Below, in pieces: positions 62,219-64,000 of a stretch of DNA of 64,000 nucleotides. The DNA comes from Octopus sinensis (Eukaryota): contig NC_043011.1 in assembly GCF_006345805.1 (NCBI RefSeq), positions 52,464,464 through 52,528,463 on the forward strand, given 5' to 3'. Both the position numbers and the translations under genes were made by a program. The notes beneath the pieces were generated by a model. The model saw only the letters and a list, made by a program, of their open reading frames with translations. It was not told the origin of the DNA and searched no databases. How positions within the stretch are numbered: the stretch's first letter is position 1; every line of letters begins with the position of its first letter.

Positions 62219-62399
62219 TAGGCGTAGGAGTGGCTGTGTGGTAAGTAGCTTGTTTACCAACCACATGGTTCCGGGTTCAGTCCCACTGCGTGGCACCTTG
62301 GGCAAGTATCTTCTACTATAGCCTCGGGCCGACCAAAGCCTTGTGAGTGGATTTGGTAGACAGAAACTGAAAGAAGCCGTTGTATGTATATGTATATAT

Positions 62400-62432
<33 letters not shown>

Positions 62433-62650
62433 GCGTGGGTGTGTGTTTGTGTGTCTGTGTTGTCCCCTAGCATTGCTTGACCAACCGATGCTAGTGTTTA
62501 TGTCTCCGTTACTTAACGGTTCGGCAAAACAGACCGATAGAATAAGTACTGGGCTTACAAAAGAATAAGTCCCGGGGTCGAGTTGCTCGATTAAAAAAGG
62601 CGGTGCTCCAGCATGGCCACAGTCAAATGACTGAAACAAGTAAAAGAGTA
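62219..62650 (+). mobile_element. SINE family A
   Basis: Full-length copy. Confidence 0.92.
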
Positions 62651-62924
62651 TATATATATATATATATGGAAAATAAGTCAAGGTAGAAAATGCTAAAATA
62701 ATTTCATCATGAAAAACATTTTAGTACTGGTTTCAGTCATTGAGACATTTTCAACGCTTAAGTATGGAAAACAATTAAATTGTGGAAAAATTAAATGAAA
62801 AGTCTTTTTAAAAAATATTTCCATAGCATTCAAATACAAGGGGCATTTTCCTTGCTTCTGCCTGTCTCTCTCTTTTTTTGTATTCTTGTGGGTTCAAGAT
62901 ATATTTTGATATATATATATGTAT

Positions 62925-63385
62925 ATCATCATCATTGTTGTCGTTTAACATCTGCTTTCCATACTAGCATGGGTTGAACGGTTTGACTGAGGACTGGCGA
63001 GCTAGAAGGCTGCACCAGGCTCCAATCTGATCTGGCAAAGTTTCTATAGCTGGATGCCCTTCCTAACGCCAACCACTCCGAGAGTGTAGTGGGTGCTTTT
63101 ACGTGCCACTGGCACACGGGCCAGTCAGGCGGTTCTAGCAATGACCATGCTCAAAAGGTGTTTTTTATGTGCTACCTGCATGGGAGCCAGTCTGGCAGCA
63201 CTGGCAACGACCACGTTCGAATGTTATTTTATTCACATGTCACTGGCACATGTGCCAGTTAGGTGACTCTGGCAATGATCACGCTTGAATGGTACTTATT
63301 ACGTGCCACCGGCATGGGAGCCAATCAGCGGCCTTGGCAACGATCACGCTCAGATGGTGCTTTTAACATTCTACTGGCAAGAATG
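62925..63385 (-). mobile_element. Family C RTE 3'-UTR copy with five ~62-bp tandem units
   Basis: Repeated gtgcttttacgtgccac(c/t)ggcac...ggcaacgaccacg units. Confidence 0.85.
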
Positions 63386-63631
63386 CCATGTTCCATATAT
63401 ACATATATATATAAATATTAATCTTGGTTTATGATTTGATTTGTTTTGTTACATATTCAGGCGAGGGGATTTCAGGCTGATTGGAGATAAGATAGAGTAG
63501 GTAAATAGAATTAGAACAATAAATGAATAAATTGAATAGAGATGATAGAAGAAATTTAAATATGATTAAAGTTAATAAAATAATGGAATATTCATTTATG
63601 AGGTATAAATAAAGTTATGAAAATTTGTATA

Positions 63632-64000
63632 TACTCTTTACTCATTTATTTGTTTCAGTCATTTAAATGTGGCTATACTGGAGCACCACCTTTAGTCGAG
63701 CAAATCGACCCCAGGACTTATTCTTTGGAAGCCTAGTACTTATTCTATCGGTGACTTTTGCCGAACCGCTAAGTTACGGGGATGTAAACACACCAGCATC
63801 TGTTGTCAAGCGATGTTGGTGGGGACAACCACAGAACACATACATACATACATATATATATATATATATTATATATTATATATATATCCATACATATATA
63901 CGATGGGCTTCTTTCAGTTTCCGTCTACCAAATCCACTCACAAGGCTTTGGTCAGCCCGAGGCTATAATAGAAGAGACTTGCCATGGTCCCACACAGTGG
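63632..64000 (-). mobile_element. SINE family A (runs off the window end)
   Basis: Inverted relative to 62219-62650. Confidence 0.9.

Overview
AT-rich, microsatellite-dense animal genomic DNA. The repeat families (tRNA-headed SINEs, RTE, CR1 and R4/Dong-type LINE fragments) look like those of an octopod cephalopod; that assignment is inference from recalled repeat motifs, not a database hit. Most of the window is intronic or intergenic and built from nested mobile elements. These include a 5'-truncated CR1-type LINE with an uninterrupted 842-aa frame (5465-8077) inserted into an older RTE LINE, dozens of SINE and RTE 3'-UTR copies, and Helitron, piggyBac, hAT, Tc1/mariner and Mutator-like MITEs. 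No host protein gene could be named. Two CpG-enriched, promoter-like regions (about 13.6-14.9 kb and 57.7-58.5 kb) and one plausible first coding exon (58352-58467) are the only host-gene signals, all low confidence. The most interesting locus is 48359-48958: a 354-bp terminally redundant unit carrying a complete type I hammerhead ribozyme fold with a compensatory U3-A8 core pair, preceded by inverted partial copies of itself. This fits a retrozyme or Penelope-like element. Two further decayed minimal hammerheads lie at 10081 and 18828. No CRISPR array, rRNA or true tRNA gene was seen. All coordinates were read by hand and may be off by a few bases.
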